A DNA stretch of 64,000 bases from Alphaproteobacteria bacterium (GCA_045632845.1 JAZQXL010000020.1:35386-99385), one strand, 5' to 3'; shown: positions 28,515 to 39,240, counted from the stretch's first letter. Translations and numbers: made by a program. The notes: generated by a model from the sequence alone, not told the origin.

Positions 28515-31500
28515 CTAAGTCTTTTGAATATTTTCTCTCATCTTTTTAACAACTACAGGAGACAAATTATGTTCTTTTAAATCTAAAATAAAACTCAATA
28601 AACCATCTTTATAATCCGCAGCACCTAAAAGATCTTTAATCTTTTTATCAAAGCCTTTTCTATCTGCATTAGATAAAATAAATTTTATCTTTTTATTTTC
28701 AAGCGCTTTATCTGGCAAAGCTGAACGAATACTATCTTTAAAGAATTCACGCGCACCAACAATCATCATGTGCGCATCATGATCTGGTTCTGTTTCTTTT
28801 AAAACATCATCTAACAAATCAACATCAACTAAGGAAGAGAAAAGAGAAACCGTTTTTTTCTCCAAATCTTTGTCTTTAAAAACAGACAAACAAAATTCTT
28901 CAACCGTTTTACAAAATTGTTGTTTTTTAAGTTCATTTTGCATAAACAAATTATCTTTGTACATATGCGTATCAATAATTGCATCAATTTCATGCAATTC
29001 CATTGCAGTCAAAACTTTTTTAATTTCTTCAGGCTGATTTTGTGCTGTATACTGGTCCATCATGGTAAAAAATTCAATTTTCCAGCCCTCTTTTTCAATA
29101 AACTCTGCAACACCTGTGTGGAAATTTTCCAAACCAGTTTCTTTCTTAATTTTTTTCATCTGAGACAAAACAAACAAAAGAGCATAAGCTTCTTTGTTTT
29201 CATCAAAAACCTCTTCCAATGCTTCAGGATTATTTGAAGAAAAATCCCAAAAAGCAGTTGTTAATTTACGCAAATCCATTTCTTGTGGAGGTTCCATCAA
29301 AAAATTATTCACAACACGAACAAAACTAACCTTGTCTTTAAACACATAAAAAGCATCTGAAAAATCTTTTCTTTGCGCAGAAGAGGCCCCTTTTTTATTT
29401 TTAATTTTTTTAAGTTTCTTAAAAAAATCTGAAACAATTTTAATATTTGAATTAGTTGAAATAAAAACATCAAAATCCGTTTTTTCCATGGACATAGACG
29501 CATCCAAAAATTTATCAATCCGCTCTTTGTTATTTATTTCCTTAACCAATTTGTTAAACGCATATTGAAAAACAACACGCCGTTTAGTCGTTAAAACAAA
29601 ACGTTTTATATCTTCTAAAATGTTTTTAGATTTTCCATCTTTAGCTTCTCGAACATCTTTTAATAATTGAAGCTCTTGGGAACTTAAATCAACAAGATCA
29701 TCATCCAACAACAATTTAAAATCTTCACGTCTTAAATTCAAACAAGCTTGGGTCAAACGATCTGAATTTGTTTCATCCCCATCTGAAAACAACGCCCTAA
29801 AACATTGTTTAAAATCAACAATACGTTTTTTTATTTCATCAGCTACAATTTTAGCAAAACTTGGTAATTTATCTTGCAAAAACGATTCAAAATCATCAGA
29901 TTTATAATTTTTATATGCCGTGAAAAAAGCAATTTGACGAGCATATTTGTCCTTATTTTCTCCCCAAGCATCTAACATAAAGAACACATCTTCACGAGAT
30001 AACCTCGTTGTATTTTGCTGCAAAAGCTCCAATGCTTCCTTGTTTTCAAAATTATCAAAAAAGTCATTCACACACTTGGTCAACAGATCTTTTTTTTCAT
30101 CCTGCACTCTCAAAACCGTGCGATCAACAGCTAAATCAAAAGGATAATTTTCTTCTTTTTCTTTAAAATATAAATAATCTCTTACAAAAACACCAACGGG
30201 ATTATTCCCAGGCAGTTTTTTCAATCGCGCCAATAATGCTTTATCTAAAGACAAAAAACTTTGCTTAAAAGATTCATATTTTTCAACATCATTCACATCT
30301 TCATAAAACACTTCAAAAGCCTTAATAAAATTTTGTCGCTGAATATCTTTATCAGATTGAACTGGTAATGCTTTCTTTTTTGCCCGAGATTCTTTTTTCT
30401 TAAGTTCTAACTTCTTTTGATAAGCATCTTCATTTTCAACCAAAGATTTTGCCCCTTGCATAAATCTTAAAACAGTGTGATAGTTTTCTGTCTTAGGAAA
30501 TACAGCTGTCAAATATTCTTCCAAAAATGCTTTTTCATGAACATTCAATTTTTTCAACTGCTCTGTTGCCGCATCAAACTCAGACTCCAACCCATCCGTG
30601 CAATATAAATTATACAAAGTACATATTGTATGTATCTCATCAAAATTAGGGAGTTTCCCATTTACCAACTGATCAACATAAGGTGTTAAAAAAGGTCTTT
30701 TTTCACAGACTTTTGCTTTTAAATCTGGATATTCTTTTAAAATACGTTGAAATGCCTTTCCAATTGTTTCATCAATATCCCCTGTTGCAATCCATTGATA
30801 ACCTAATGTTCTTTCATCTTCCAAAGTTTGATCATTAGACTCATTATTCACCAACAAAACCATTTGATCATAAGATGGTTCCACAATTAATTTCATTAAG
30901 GCTTTTGAAAATTTATCAACATTATAATCTAATGTAAACTTATTGGTGTGAATGTTTAAAAGCTCTTGAAATAAATTCTCTCTTGGAAGAATTTCTCCTT
31001 GTACGGATACTCTTTTAATTGGATAAGAAACGCTTGTTTGCAAAGCCTGTTTTTCAAAAGCATCCTTACAAACACCCTTAAATGTTTCAAACAAATCAAC
31101 CCCATCTGCTTCTTGCAATTTACTTAATTGGCTAATGAAATAAGTCATTCTTTTTTGAATGGTTTGATTTTCATCATCCATTGGTTTATCAGCATATACA
31201 TCTGACAAAACATAAAAATATTCAGGTGGAATTTTATTTAAAATTTGAAAACTATCTAAAACATTTTTTTCTTTTAGATTTTCTCTTTCAAACATCATTT
31301 CTAAATTACTGAAAAGTGAAACAGCCAATCCTCTCACATTGCTGATGTTTGAAAAACTTTTGGAAATTTCATTTTCTTGCACCAAATGATCTTCTGACGT
31401 ATCATCATATCGATATAATTTTGTTGATAATTCTCTTTGATATTCATTGATATCTGGCCCTGTCAATTGTTTTTCAATATACGCCTTAAATTCTGAGGTA

Positions 31501-32189
31501 TCAAAATCACTTTGACCTTTCATTTCCTCTTGTAGTTTATTTTTAAAAATAGCTATTTTTGAATATAAATCTTTGTTTGAAAAAATGAGTTGTTCAAGCG
31601 TATTTAACAAAATTGAAAAACGAGCATCAAGCGTATTAAGCGTTTCCATATGTTCGTTTTGATAAGCCAATAATCCTTCACGAAAAGGAGCACCTTTTGT
31701 TTTAAAATAATTGGTACAATTAAAAGCATTTGTAATCATATCAGATAAATTTCTATTTTGGATATGCAATGGATTATCTGCTATTTTTTCATGATTACTA
31801 ACAGGTCTAACATCTAAGATAAAAACACAACGAACACCATCTTGTTGGATAATACAAGCATCAATACGACCTTGTTTTCCAAAAACCCATTCAACTTGAT
31901 TGTTTAAATTTGCGTGATGTTCTGGATTCCCAATAAACTTTTGCTGAAAAAACTCCGCCCTAGACTCAACATTTTTCAACTCATTAAAACGAGAAATAAA
32001 AGCTTCCAACTCTTGAGGTTTATTTTGAAAAACAGATTGAATTCCTTCATAAGTTTTCTGTCCTTTTGTATTCTCTCCCAACAACAAAGAACGAAACGTC
32101 ATCCCAGGTTTTTGCTCAAAACATGCAGGCAACGGATCATCAATGAAAAAGAAATGAAAACCTCCATTTTTTTGTAAATTAACCATCAT
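28515..32189 (-). CDS. large hypothetical helical-repeat protein (1224 aa)
   Basis: Long ORF with degenerate helical repeats in the C-terminal half; ATGA overlap with upstream gene. Confidence 0.75.
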   Translation of the reverse strand: MMVNLQKNGGFHFFFIDDPLPACFEQKPGMTFRSLLLGENTKGQKTYEGIQSVFQNKPQELEAFISRFNELKNVESRAEFFQQKFIGNPEHHANLNNQVEWVFGKQGRIDACIIQQDGVRCVFILDVRPVSNHEKIADNPLHIQNRNLSDMITNAFNCTNYFKTKGAPFREGLLAYQNEHMETLNTLDARFSILLNTLEQLIFSNKDLYSKIAIFKNKLQEEMKGQSDFDTSEFKAYIEKQLTGPDINEYQRELSTKLYRYDDTSEDHLVQENEISKSFSNISNVRGLAVSLFSNLEMMFERENLKEKNVLDSFQILNKIPPEYFYVLSDVYADKPMDDENQTIQKRMTYFISQLSKLQEADGVDLFETFKGVCKDAFEKQALQTSVSYPIKRVSVQGEILPRENLFQELLNIHTNKFTLDYNVDKFSKALMKLIVEPSYDQMVLLVNNESNDQTLEDERTLGYQWIATGDIDETIGKAFQRILKEYPDLKAKVCEKRPFLTPYVDQLVNGKLPNFDEIHTICTLYNLYCTDGLESEFDAATEQLKKLNVHEKAFLEEYLTAVFPKTENYHTVLRFMQGAKSLVENEDAYQKKLELKKKESRAKKKALPVQSDKDIQRQNFIKAFEVFYEDVNDVEKYESFKQSFLSLDKALLARLKKLPGNNPVGVFVRDYLYFKEKEENYPFDLAVDRTVLRVQDEKKDLLTKCVNDFFDNFENKEALELLQQNTTRLSREDVFFMLDAWGENKDKYARQIAFFTAYKNYKSDDFESFLQDKLPSFAKIVADEIKKRIVDFKQCFRALFSDGDETNSDRLTQACLNLRREDFKLLLDDDLVDLSSQELQLLKDVREAKDGKSKNILEDIKRFVLTTKRRVVFQYAFNKLVKEINNKERIDKFLDASMSMEKTDFDVFISTNSNIKIVSDFFKKLKKIKNKKGASSAQRKDFSDAFYVFKDKVSFVRVVNNFLMEPPQEMDLRKLTTAFWDFSSNNPEALEEVFDENKEAYALLFVLSQMKKIKKETGLENFHTGVAEFIEKEGWKIEFFTMMDQYTAQNQPEEIKKVLTAMELHEIDAIIDTHMYKDNLFMQNELKKQQFCKTVEEFCLSVFKDKDLEKKTVSLFSSLVDVDLLDDVLKETEPDHDAHMMIVGAREFFKDSIRSALPDKALENKKIKFILSNADRKGFDKKIKDLLGAADYKDGLLSFILDLKEHNLSPVVVKKMRENIQKT

Positions 32190-32956
32190 CTCCCCCTTGC
32201 ATGCGAATTGTTATATCGTTTTTTATCAACAATAGTATGGGACCTGTTCCCCGCCATTTCAATAAATACCTGCCTACACATTTTTTTCAAAATTGTAAAA
32301 TCATTTTTTGCTCTTTCTTGAGGCGATAATTTAGATTGATAAATCGATTTAACACGATCCATTTTAAATGAAAACATCATTTTTTTTATCGCTTCACGTT
32401 CTTGATCTTCAATTTTGAGATTTAAATTTTTCTCAATATCTAAAATACGTTGTTCTGGATTTTTAAAGAGCGACAGCTCTGTATCTGAACGAACCAAAGC
32501 ACAAGATAAATCACAAATTATTTTAAAAGATTTTTGGTGTTGCACATCTAAACGACTACAAATTTCTTTTTTATATTGATTAAAATCTTCAATCAAAAGA
32601 GAATCTGTATATTTTGCGGACATAAAAACTTGTTTTGCTATATCTTCTTTTGTTAAATGCGTATCAAATGGCTGTTTTAACAGATGATCTGACACTGTTT
32701 TTCGAACAGCGCTTGAAAACTTAGCGCCTCTTTCCGCCAAAGACAAAATACGTTTTTCAATTGCCTCTTTTGATATATTTTTTAAAGGAACATTTGTTAA
32801 GACATCACAAGTTAAAAATAAAATAGCACTAAACACTGAAGGTGTTTCTACAACAAATTCCTTCTTTAATTTATCGTAAAGAAACATTGTCTTTTTCGCA
32901 TTTTTTGCTTTATCTGATAATTTTGCAGATGTGTTTTCTTTTTTTTGAAACGTCAT
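32186..32956 (-). CDS. hypothetical protein
   Basis: ORF; start placed at MTFQ after AAAGGA. Confidence 0.65.
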   Translation of the reverse strand: MTFQKKENTSAKLSDKAKNAKKTMFLYDKLKKEFVVETPSVFSAILFLTCDVLTNVPLKNISKEAIEKRILSLAERGAKFSSAVRKTVSDHLLKQPFDTHLTKEDIAKQVFMSAKYTDSLLIEDFNQYKKEICSRLDVQHQKSFKIICDLSCALVRSDTELSLFKNPEQRILDIEKNLNLKIEDQEREAIKKMMFSFKMDRVKSIYQSKLSPQERAKNDFTILKKMCRQVFIEMAGNRSHTIVDKKRYNNSHARGR

Positions 32957-33079
32957 TACAACAATCCTTTTCATAGATAATATTTTTATTTTGTAACATA
33001 AAAAGGTTAAATCTTCAAACTATTTTTAACATCAAATAACGCCCCTTTAAAAATCAAAAATAAATCATATATAAAACAC

Positions 33080-33577
33080 ATGAAAATAATCGTAAATGAC
33101 TTAATGCAAAAAAATTATTCTTATTTTTTAACAGAACCAATGGGTGAAAATTTTGATCCTCTCTTCAAACCTGAATTGTCCCCTTTTGAAATGCTAACAC
33201 TTGGTGTATTTGAAGGAAAATACTTAAACGACTGCCAAAAAGAATTCCCTGCTTCTTGGTTTTTAAAAGAAAAATTATCTCCCTTAAAACCAGATATCAA
33301 CTGCAACTATTTTAAAATTAAATCTCGTCAAAGTTTGCAAATTTGGCAACAAAAAGGCTGGATTATTGAACCAGACATTCGAGGCTGGTTTCAATGGTAT
33401 TGTAGGTATTATATGGGTCGCAGAATTCCTGAAATTGATCAAATTCAAATTCATCGATGGCGCCAATTTAAACGTCATAAAGCTCAAATTGAAAAAAATT
33501 GTATCTCTTTTGACTTAAATTGTCGAAAAAAACAACGTCAAGCATTACTTCAATGGGCGTATAATCCTTTCATATAG
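33080..33577 (+). CDS. conserved uncharacterised protein
   Basis: LSPFEMLTLGVFEGKY, RGWFQWYCRYYMGRR, RQALLQWAY; resembles a widespread unnamed family. Confidence 0.7.
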   Translation: MKIIVNDLMQKNYSYFLTEPMGENFDPLFKPELSPFEMLTLGVFEGKYLNDCQKEFPASWFLKEKLSPLKPDINCNYFKIKSRQSLQIWQQKGWIIEPDIRGWFQWYCRYYMGRRIPEIDQIQIHRWRQFKRHKAQIEKNCISFDLNCRKKQRQALLQWAYNPFI

Positions 33578-33581
33578 CAAA

Positions 33582-34346
33582 TTATTCTTTATTGTAGCAA
33601 TATAACGCAGATGGTCGGTGCCCACTTCCAGATGTGACATTTCCTGTTTCTTTTACCTTTGACTTAATCACCCGACGAAACGCAGGCGCTAATAATTTTT
33701 TTCCCAAAATAGCTTCATAAACATTTTGAAGCTCAGTTAAAGTAAATTCATCCGGAACCAAATGAAAAGCTAAATCGGTATATTCTATTTTGTTTTTCAA
33801 GCGCTCCAATCCCACTTTAATAATTTTTGTATGATCAAAAGCCAATGCATTTGGGTCATTCAAATCAATACGTAATTGTGGATTATTTTCATTTTGCAGA
33901 ACAAGTTTTCCCTTTTCTCTTAAAATGTTAAACCAACAATCTGATTGTTGCAAATGAGGAGGTAAATCATTTCGATCAATCAAAGCCATGTATGCAATTG
34001 AAATAATGCGTGTTCTAGGATCTCTACCCACATCCCCAAAGGTATAAAGCTGCTCTAAATACAAATCTTCCAAATGGATTTTTTGTTTTAACACCCGTTT
34101 CGCTGTTTCTTCAGGAGACTCAAGTGGTCCAACAAATCCCCCTGCTAAACTCCACATATTTTTAAAAGGAAACTGATTGCGACTCGTCAAAAATACACTC
34201 ATAATCTTTTCAGGTAATTTGCGATAATTGTTTGTTTTTACATAAGAAATACTAAAAACCAACAAATCAGTCGCAACAGATAATTTTTCAAAAACTGATG
34301 AATCATATGATTTTAAAAACGCTTTTTCAGCTTCATTTTGCAACAT
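33582..34346 (-). CDS. nrtR: NrtR-family regulator (Nudix + winged HTH)
   Basis: WSLAGGFV, LEQLYTFGDVGRDPR, LAFDH, FTLTELQNVYEAILG, HRPSALY; divergent from NAD salvage operon. Confidence 0.88.
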   Translation of the reverse strand: MLQNEAEKAFLKSYDSSVFEKLSVATDLLVFSISYVKTNNYRKLPEKIMSVFLTSRNQFPFKNMWSLAGGFVGPLESPEETAKRVLKQKIHLEDLYLEQLYTFGDVGRDPRTRIISIAYMALIDRNDLPPHLQQSDCWFNILREKGKLVLQNENNPQLRIDLNDPNALAFDHTKIIKVGLERLKNKIEYTDLAFHLVPDEFTLTELQNVYEAILGKKLLAPAFRRVIKSKVKETGNVTSGSGHRPSALYCYNKE

Positions 34347-34461
34347 ATACAACCCCTGAATAATTTTTTCTGATAAAAACAAATTGATAATAACATATTG
34401 TTTTTTAAATAACAATCCTTTTTTATCTTTTTTCATTTAAAAACCCCTTCAAAAAAACCGC

Positions 34462-34490
34462 TTGACTTGTTTTTACTTGTATGATAATAA
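34462..34490 (+). promoter_or_regulatory. sigma70 promoter of NAD salvage operon
   Basis: TTGACT followed by TGATAAT -10-like element. Confidence 0.5.
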
Positions 34491-34533
34491 TAAATTGTTA
34501 ATAACAGATAGTCAATATCAAAAGGAGGTTTCA

Positions 34534-35151
34534 ATGACACAAAAATATACTCTCACTCTTGTTGATTTTCAAAATGATTTTGTTGCCCCCTCAGGTGCAC
34601 TTACTTTTGATAATGGCAAAGGCGATTTAAAACTCATAAAAAAAATGACAGCATTTTTTCAAAAAGTTCCTCAAACTGTTATTAGCCACGCAATTGTTAC
34701 ATTTGACACTCATGACTTAAAAACATATTCTACAACACCAGAAAGTAAACAATTTCCACCACATTGTATTGAAGGAACAACAGGTTGGAATTTAGCCATT
34801 AACTCTGATCTTTTACGCAACAAAATCCATTACATTCAATATCTTAAAAAATCAACATACGACATGTGGGAAAAAACCATTGATACAGTTGATACAAAAA
34901 TTTTAAAAGACACAAAAAAAGTTATCCTTTGTGGTGTTGCTTCAGATGTTTGCAACAAAGCAGCTCTTTTGGGTTGGCTCAAAAAAGATGTTGAAATCAC
35001 CATTCTTGAAGATTTGACAAGAGGCATTTTTAAACAAACAGCTGATGTGTTAAAAGAGCCCCCTTTTGCTCAAGCAGTTGCAAAAGGCAAAATCAAAACT
35101 TTAACAGCTCAAAACTTTTTAAAACACGTTAAAGAAAGGAGATACGAATGA
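34534..35151 (+). CDS. pncA: nicotinamidase
   Basis: VDFQNDF..GAL, DTH, FPPHC..GT.GW, GVASDVC. Confidence 0.9.
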   Translation: MTQKYTLTLVDFQNDFVAPSGALTFDNGKGDLKLIKKMTAFFQKVPQTVISHAIVTFDTHDLKTYSTTPESKQFPPHCIEGTTGWNLAINSDLLRNKIHYIQYLKKSTYDMWEKTIDTVDTKILKDTKKVILCGVASDVCNKAALLGWLKKDVEITILEDLTRGIFKQTADVLKEPPFAQAVAKGKIKTLTAQNFLKHVKERRYE

Positions 35152-35621
35152 TGATTGGATTTGCGGTTATGAGATTACAACCCCTTCATAAAGGGCACAA
35201 AAAAATCATTGATTTGATGCTTAAGGAAAATGACAAAGCCATTTTAGTCATTGGCTCAAAAGATGCTCAAGATGAAAAAAATCCCTATTCTTTTAAAGAA
35301 CGTCTTGAAATGGTTCACCAAGTCTATCAAGAACAAATCAAAAAAGGGAAACTTCTTGTTCTTGGGATAAATGATATCCACAATCCTCCAAAATGGGCTC
35401 AATTTATCAAAACACATTTACCCCTACCTGCAACAAAATACTATTGTGGCACAGGACAAGATGCCCCCTTGTTTAAAAAAGAGGGATTTAGCACCATTAT
35501 CGTCAACCGATGTGATTTAAAAATTTCTGGGACTGATATCAGAGAAAAAATCAAAAAAAATGATATCAGCTGGCAAGAAGATATTCCCCCTCAAATCCAC
35601 AACCTTATCATAACACATTAG
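35148..35621 (+). CDS. nadM: NMN/NaMN adenylyltransferase (NadM-like)
   Basis: RLQPLHKGH, IGS..KNPYSFKER, ISGTDIRE. Confidence 0.85.
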   Translation: MMIGFAVMRLQPLHKGHKKIIDLMLKENDKAILVIGSKDAQDEKNPYSFKERLEMVHQVYQEQIKKGKLLVLGINDIHNPPKWAQFIKTHLPLPATKYYCGTGQDAPLFKKEGFSTIIVNRCDLKISGTDIREKIKKNDISWQEDIPPQIHNLIITH

Positions 35622-35630
35622 GAGGTCTAT

Positions 35631-37094
35631 ATGAACAGAAACAAATTTTCCCCTTTATTTTGTGATTTGTATCATCTTACAATGGAACAGGCAATGTTTG
35701 AAGATAATTCACATAACAATGTCGAAACATATGAAATGTTCATTAGAAAAACACCTTTCAATGGATCTTATTTGTTAACTGCAGGACTTGGTGAAGTGTT
35801 AGAATGGTTAAATGACTGGCATTTTGAAAAAGAAGATATCGATTATCTTAGAGAACAAGGTTTTAAAGAAGAATTCTTAAATATGCTCTCAAATGCAAAA
35901 TTGAATATTGATATGAAAGCATTTCGAGAGGGTGAAATCGTTTTTCCAAACGAACCAATTGTTCAAGTCACAGGTCCTGCATGGCAAGTTTTAATGATTG
36001 AAGCAGGCATCTTAAACATTATCAACGCACAAAGTTTGTTCGCCACAAAAGCAAGCAGAATTGCTATCGCTTCTCAATCTGATGGTAAAAAAAGAACACT
36101 TTTAGAAATGGGTTTAAGAAGGGCACAAGACACGCAAGGATTTACTCCAACCAGAGGTGCTTTTATCGGTGGAATCACTGCCACATCAAATGTCGAAGCT
36201 GCTAAACATTACAACATACCAGTTTCAGGCACAATGGCGCACTGTTTTATTATGAGAGAAGAAAGCGAAGTTACGGCTTTTAAAAAATACATCAAATCAT
36301 TCCCTGAAAAAGCAAGCGTTTTAATCGATACATACGACACGATTCAAGGGGTTAAAAACGCCATTCAAGCTGCTAAAGAAGTTGGCGTAGAACTCAAAAG
36401 TGTCCGATTAGATTCTGGTGATTTAGCCTATCTTGCAAAAGAAGTTCGAAAAATTTTGGATGCCAACAACTGCCGAACAACCAAAATAACAGCTTCAAAT
36501 GACTTAGATGAATATACCATCCAAAGTTTGATTTTGGAACAAAAGGCACCAATTGATATTTTTGGTGTTGGAACAATGCTCGCAACATCATTTGATCAAC
36601 CAGCATTGGGTGGTGTTTATAAACTTAAAAAAACAGAAAAAAGAGATGTTATTAAAGTATCTGAACTAGCCATTAAAACAACCATTCCTGGCGCCACCGA
36701 TGTCATTCGGCTTGTGGATAAAAATAACCTTTTTGCTGGAGATATCATCTGTCAAAATGGTCACAAGTTTTTAAACACTCATTCTTTAGCTGAAAACATC
36801 ACCTCTATTCATCTTGATGGGGAGAAAAAGAAAACTTTTTTAGAAGGTAAAAAAGCTTATTCTCCCTTGATTGAAGTTATTAAAAATGGTGTTGTAAACA
36901 AAACTGAAATGAACAGAGATTTAAAAGAAATTCAAGCTTACGCAGCCAAAAACTTAAGCAGATTGGACCCTACTCATTTGAGGTTAAAATCACCCCATCG
37001 CTACATTGCAGGTTTGGAAAAATCACTTTTCATCAAACGAAAAAAAATGCGTCAAGCAGCTCTTAAGAAAGGAGAACACCAAAATGAAGGTTAA
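35631..37094 (+). CDS. pncB: nicotinate phosphoribosyltransferase
   Basis: DLYHLTM, GTMAH, LIDTYDT, RLDSGDL, ASNDLDE, LGGVYKL. Confidence 0.96.
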   Translation: MNRNKFSPLFCDLYHLTMEQAMFEDNSHNNVETYEMFIRKTPFNGSYLLTAGLGEVLEWLNDWHFEKEDIDYLREQGFKEEFLNMLSNAKLNIDMKAFREGEIVFPNEPIVQVTGPAWQVLMIEAGILNIINAQSLFATKASRIAIASQSDGKKRTLLEMGLRRAQDTQGFTPTRGAFIGGITATSNVEAAKHYNIPVSGTMAHCFIMREESEVTAFKKYIKSFPEKASVLIDTYDTIQGVKNAIQAAKEVGVELKSVRLDSGDLAYLAKEVRKILDANNCRTTKITASNDLDEYTIQSLILEQKAPIDIFGVGTMLATSFDQPALGGVYKLKKTEKRDVIKVSELAIKTTIPGATDVIRLVDKNNLFAGDIICQNGHKFLNTHSLAENITSIHLDGEKKKTFLEGKKAYSPLIEVIKNGVVNKTEMNRDLKEIQAYAAKNLSRLDPTHLRLKSPHRYIAGLEKSLFIKRKKMRQAALKKGEHQNEG

Positions 37095-37851
37095 TAAAAT
37101 TAAAAAAAAACTCATTCAGGGACTTCAAAATTACTGCAAAAAAAATCACTTTCAAGATGTTATTATTGGCCTTTCAGGCGGGCTTGATAGTGCGCTTGTT
37201 CTTGCAATAGCCTGTGAAGCACTCGGGCCGCAACATGTTCACACTTTGATGATGAAAACAAAATACACATCTTTAGAAAGTATAAATTTAGCTCAACAAA
37301 TCGCTAATTTAAACAATGTTGACCATAAAACAATTGATATTCAAGAGATTGTGGATAACTTTTTAAAAACAGTTGATTTTAAATCTAAAAATCCAATTAC
37401 AGAGCAAAACATACAAGCCAGAATCAGAGGAAATATTCTTATGATGTATTCTAATGAAAAGAATTATCTTCTTCTTGCGTGTGGAAACAAATCTGAAATT
37501 GCCATGGGGTACTGTACATTATATGGCGATACCTGTGGTGGACTATTACCCATTGGTGATGTATATAAAACGATAGCTTATGAATTAGCAAATCTATTTA
37601 ATCAAGAAGGAAAATTTTTAATACCCACAGAAATTATTAAAAGAAAACCATCAGCCGAATTGGCAACAAACCAATATGATACCGATTCACTCCCGCCATA
37701 TGAAGTGTTAGATGAAATTTTAAAATCTTATATTTATGGCACAAAAAAACCAACACAGAACGACGTAGAATTGGTTTCTTCAATTCAAAAAAGATATGAA
37801 AAAAACAAATTCAAAAGAGTACAACTTCCCCCTATTTTGTCTTTGGATTAA
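37084..37851 (+). CDS. nadE: NAD+ synthetase, NH3-dependent (no glutaminase domain)
   Basis: GLSGGLDS, NIQARIR, NKSE..GYCTLYGD, PSAEL. Confidence 0.95.
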   Translation: MKVNKIKKKLIQGLQNYCKKNHFQDVIIGLSGGLDSALVLAIACEALGPQHVHTLMMKTKYTSLESINLAQQIANLNNVDHKTIDIQEIVDNFLKTVDFKSKNPITEQNIQARIRGNILMMYSNEKNYLLLACGNKSEIAMGYCTLYGDTCGGLLPIGDVYKTIAYELANLFNQEGKFLIPTEIIKRKPSAELATNQYDTDSLPPYEVLDEILKSYIYGTKKPTQNDVELVSSIQKRYEKNKFKRVQLPPILSLD

Positions 37852-37878
37852 AAAAGGAGGGACCTCCCTCCTTTTTTT
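37850..37878. terminator. bidirectional terminator
   Basis: A6-GGAGGG-acct-CCCTCC-T7. Confidence 0.8.
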
Positions 37879-37890
37879 GATTTTGTTCAA

Positions 37891-39069
37891 TTAATTTTCA
37901 GGAACCCCTTTTGTGTAATCATCAAAATAACCTTTGATTAAAACAACAGGTGTCCCTTTATCACCAGAACCTGTTGTTAAATCACATAAAGATCCAACCA
38001 AATCGGTAATTTGTCTTGGTGTTGTTCCAAGAGCATATGAATCATCACCTTTTTGTTTTTCTTCAATAGCTGATTTAATTGCATCTTCCAAATTACCATT
38101 TGCATTATCAGCAACAGCTTTGATTTTCACCTCATTTGGCATTCCTTTTAACCCAGATGTGTGCCCAGGGGAAACCACTGGATCTGCAAATTCCCAAATT
38201 TTTGTTTTTGGACACTTAAATCCACCATCACCATAGATCATCACTTCAATATTTTTGCCTGTTTTTGCATAGATCAATTTTTGCAACTCCGTACAAAAAG
38301 ACATTGAATCCCTTGGAAATAATTTTAAACGATTAGAATCAGCATAATTTGATCCTAGCAAACCATATTCACTCCATCCATGGGCTGTTGTAGGCGTTGA
38401 ACAAATATCTTCCAATGTGACAACTTGAGCACCTAAATCAGCCAACATTTTTTTGTGACGATAACGGGTGTGAATACTTGCGACAACAACTTGATTTGTA
38501 AGTTTTAAAATATCTTTTGGGTTGTTCAAAAGAACAATTTTAATTTTTGGAGAAATACTTTCATAAAGTTCAAGATAATCCGTTTTTGTAATTGGATGCA
38601 AATATGAACCAACTTTTTCCCTAAACGTTTCTTTTGTCATCACGTCAGAATATGGATTGATGTTTAATGTATATAAATCATCTTCATCCATTAAGGCATT
38701 TCCAACTTCATCTGCAGGGTATGAAAGGCAAACATAAACGGAGCCATCAACACCTTTTGCAATCCCTTCCAAAACTTTGGCAAAACGATTGCGTGAAAGA
38801 ATTGGAAATGCAACCGCAACATCCCCTGTTGGAAACTTTTGATGCACATCATTTGCAATGTCATCTGTTGTGATATAATTGCCCTGAGCTCTTGCCAAAA
38901 AAGATTCTGTAATCCCTAAAATATCTCTATTATTCAAAGAAATGGGCTGATATTCAGAACAACTAGCCTCTATCAATGTGTCTGAAATCATTTCTTGAAT
39001 ATCATCCCCTTGTTTAATAATGGGCATTCTCAAGCCATAAACAGAAGCTCCAACATATCTTTTATCCAT
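37891..39069 (-). CDS. F420-0:gamma-glutamyl ligase (CofE-like) family protein
   Basis: GLRMPIIKQGDD, GITESFLARAQGN, GTTPRQITDLVGSLCDLTTGSGDKGTPVV. Confidence 0.8.
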   Translation of the reverse strand: MDKRYVGASVYGLRMPIIKQGDDIQEMISDTLIEASCSEYQPISLNNRDILGITESFLARAQGNYITTDDIANDVHQKFPTGDVAVAFPILSRNRFAKVLEGIAKGVDGSVYVCLSYPADEVGNALMDEDDLYTLNINPYSDVMTKETFREKVGSYLHPITKTDYLELYESISPKIKIVLLNNPKDILKLTNQVVVASIHTRYRHKKMLADLGAQVVTLEDICSTPTTAHGWSEYGLLGSNYADSNRLKLFPRDSMSFCTELQKLIYAKTGKNIEVMIYGDGGFKCPKTKIWEFADPVVSPGHTSGLKGMPNEVKIKAVADNANGNLEDAIKSAIEEKQKGDDSYALGTTPRQITDLVGSLCDLTTGSGDKGTPVVLIKGYFDDYTKGVPEN

Positions 39070-39240
39070 TTAAATCCCTCCTTTAAAATATAAAAAGCCC
39101 CCCTTGTGGAGAGCTTCAAAACAATTAAATCAAAAAATAAAAAGCCATTTTGCAATATCTTTTAAAACAGTGTTATTTCTTACACTTAAATATAACAAAT
39201 TTTGCACCCTCTTTCAAGAGGAAAATATTTTCACATATAA

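Noticed and set aside
34347-34533. NrtR operator
   Set aside because: AT-rich palindromes (ATTGTT..AACAAT, TGTTA-A-TAACA) exist but do not fit the GT-N7-AC core convincingly
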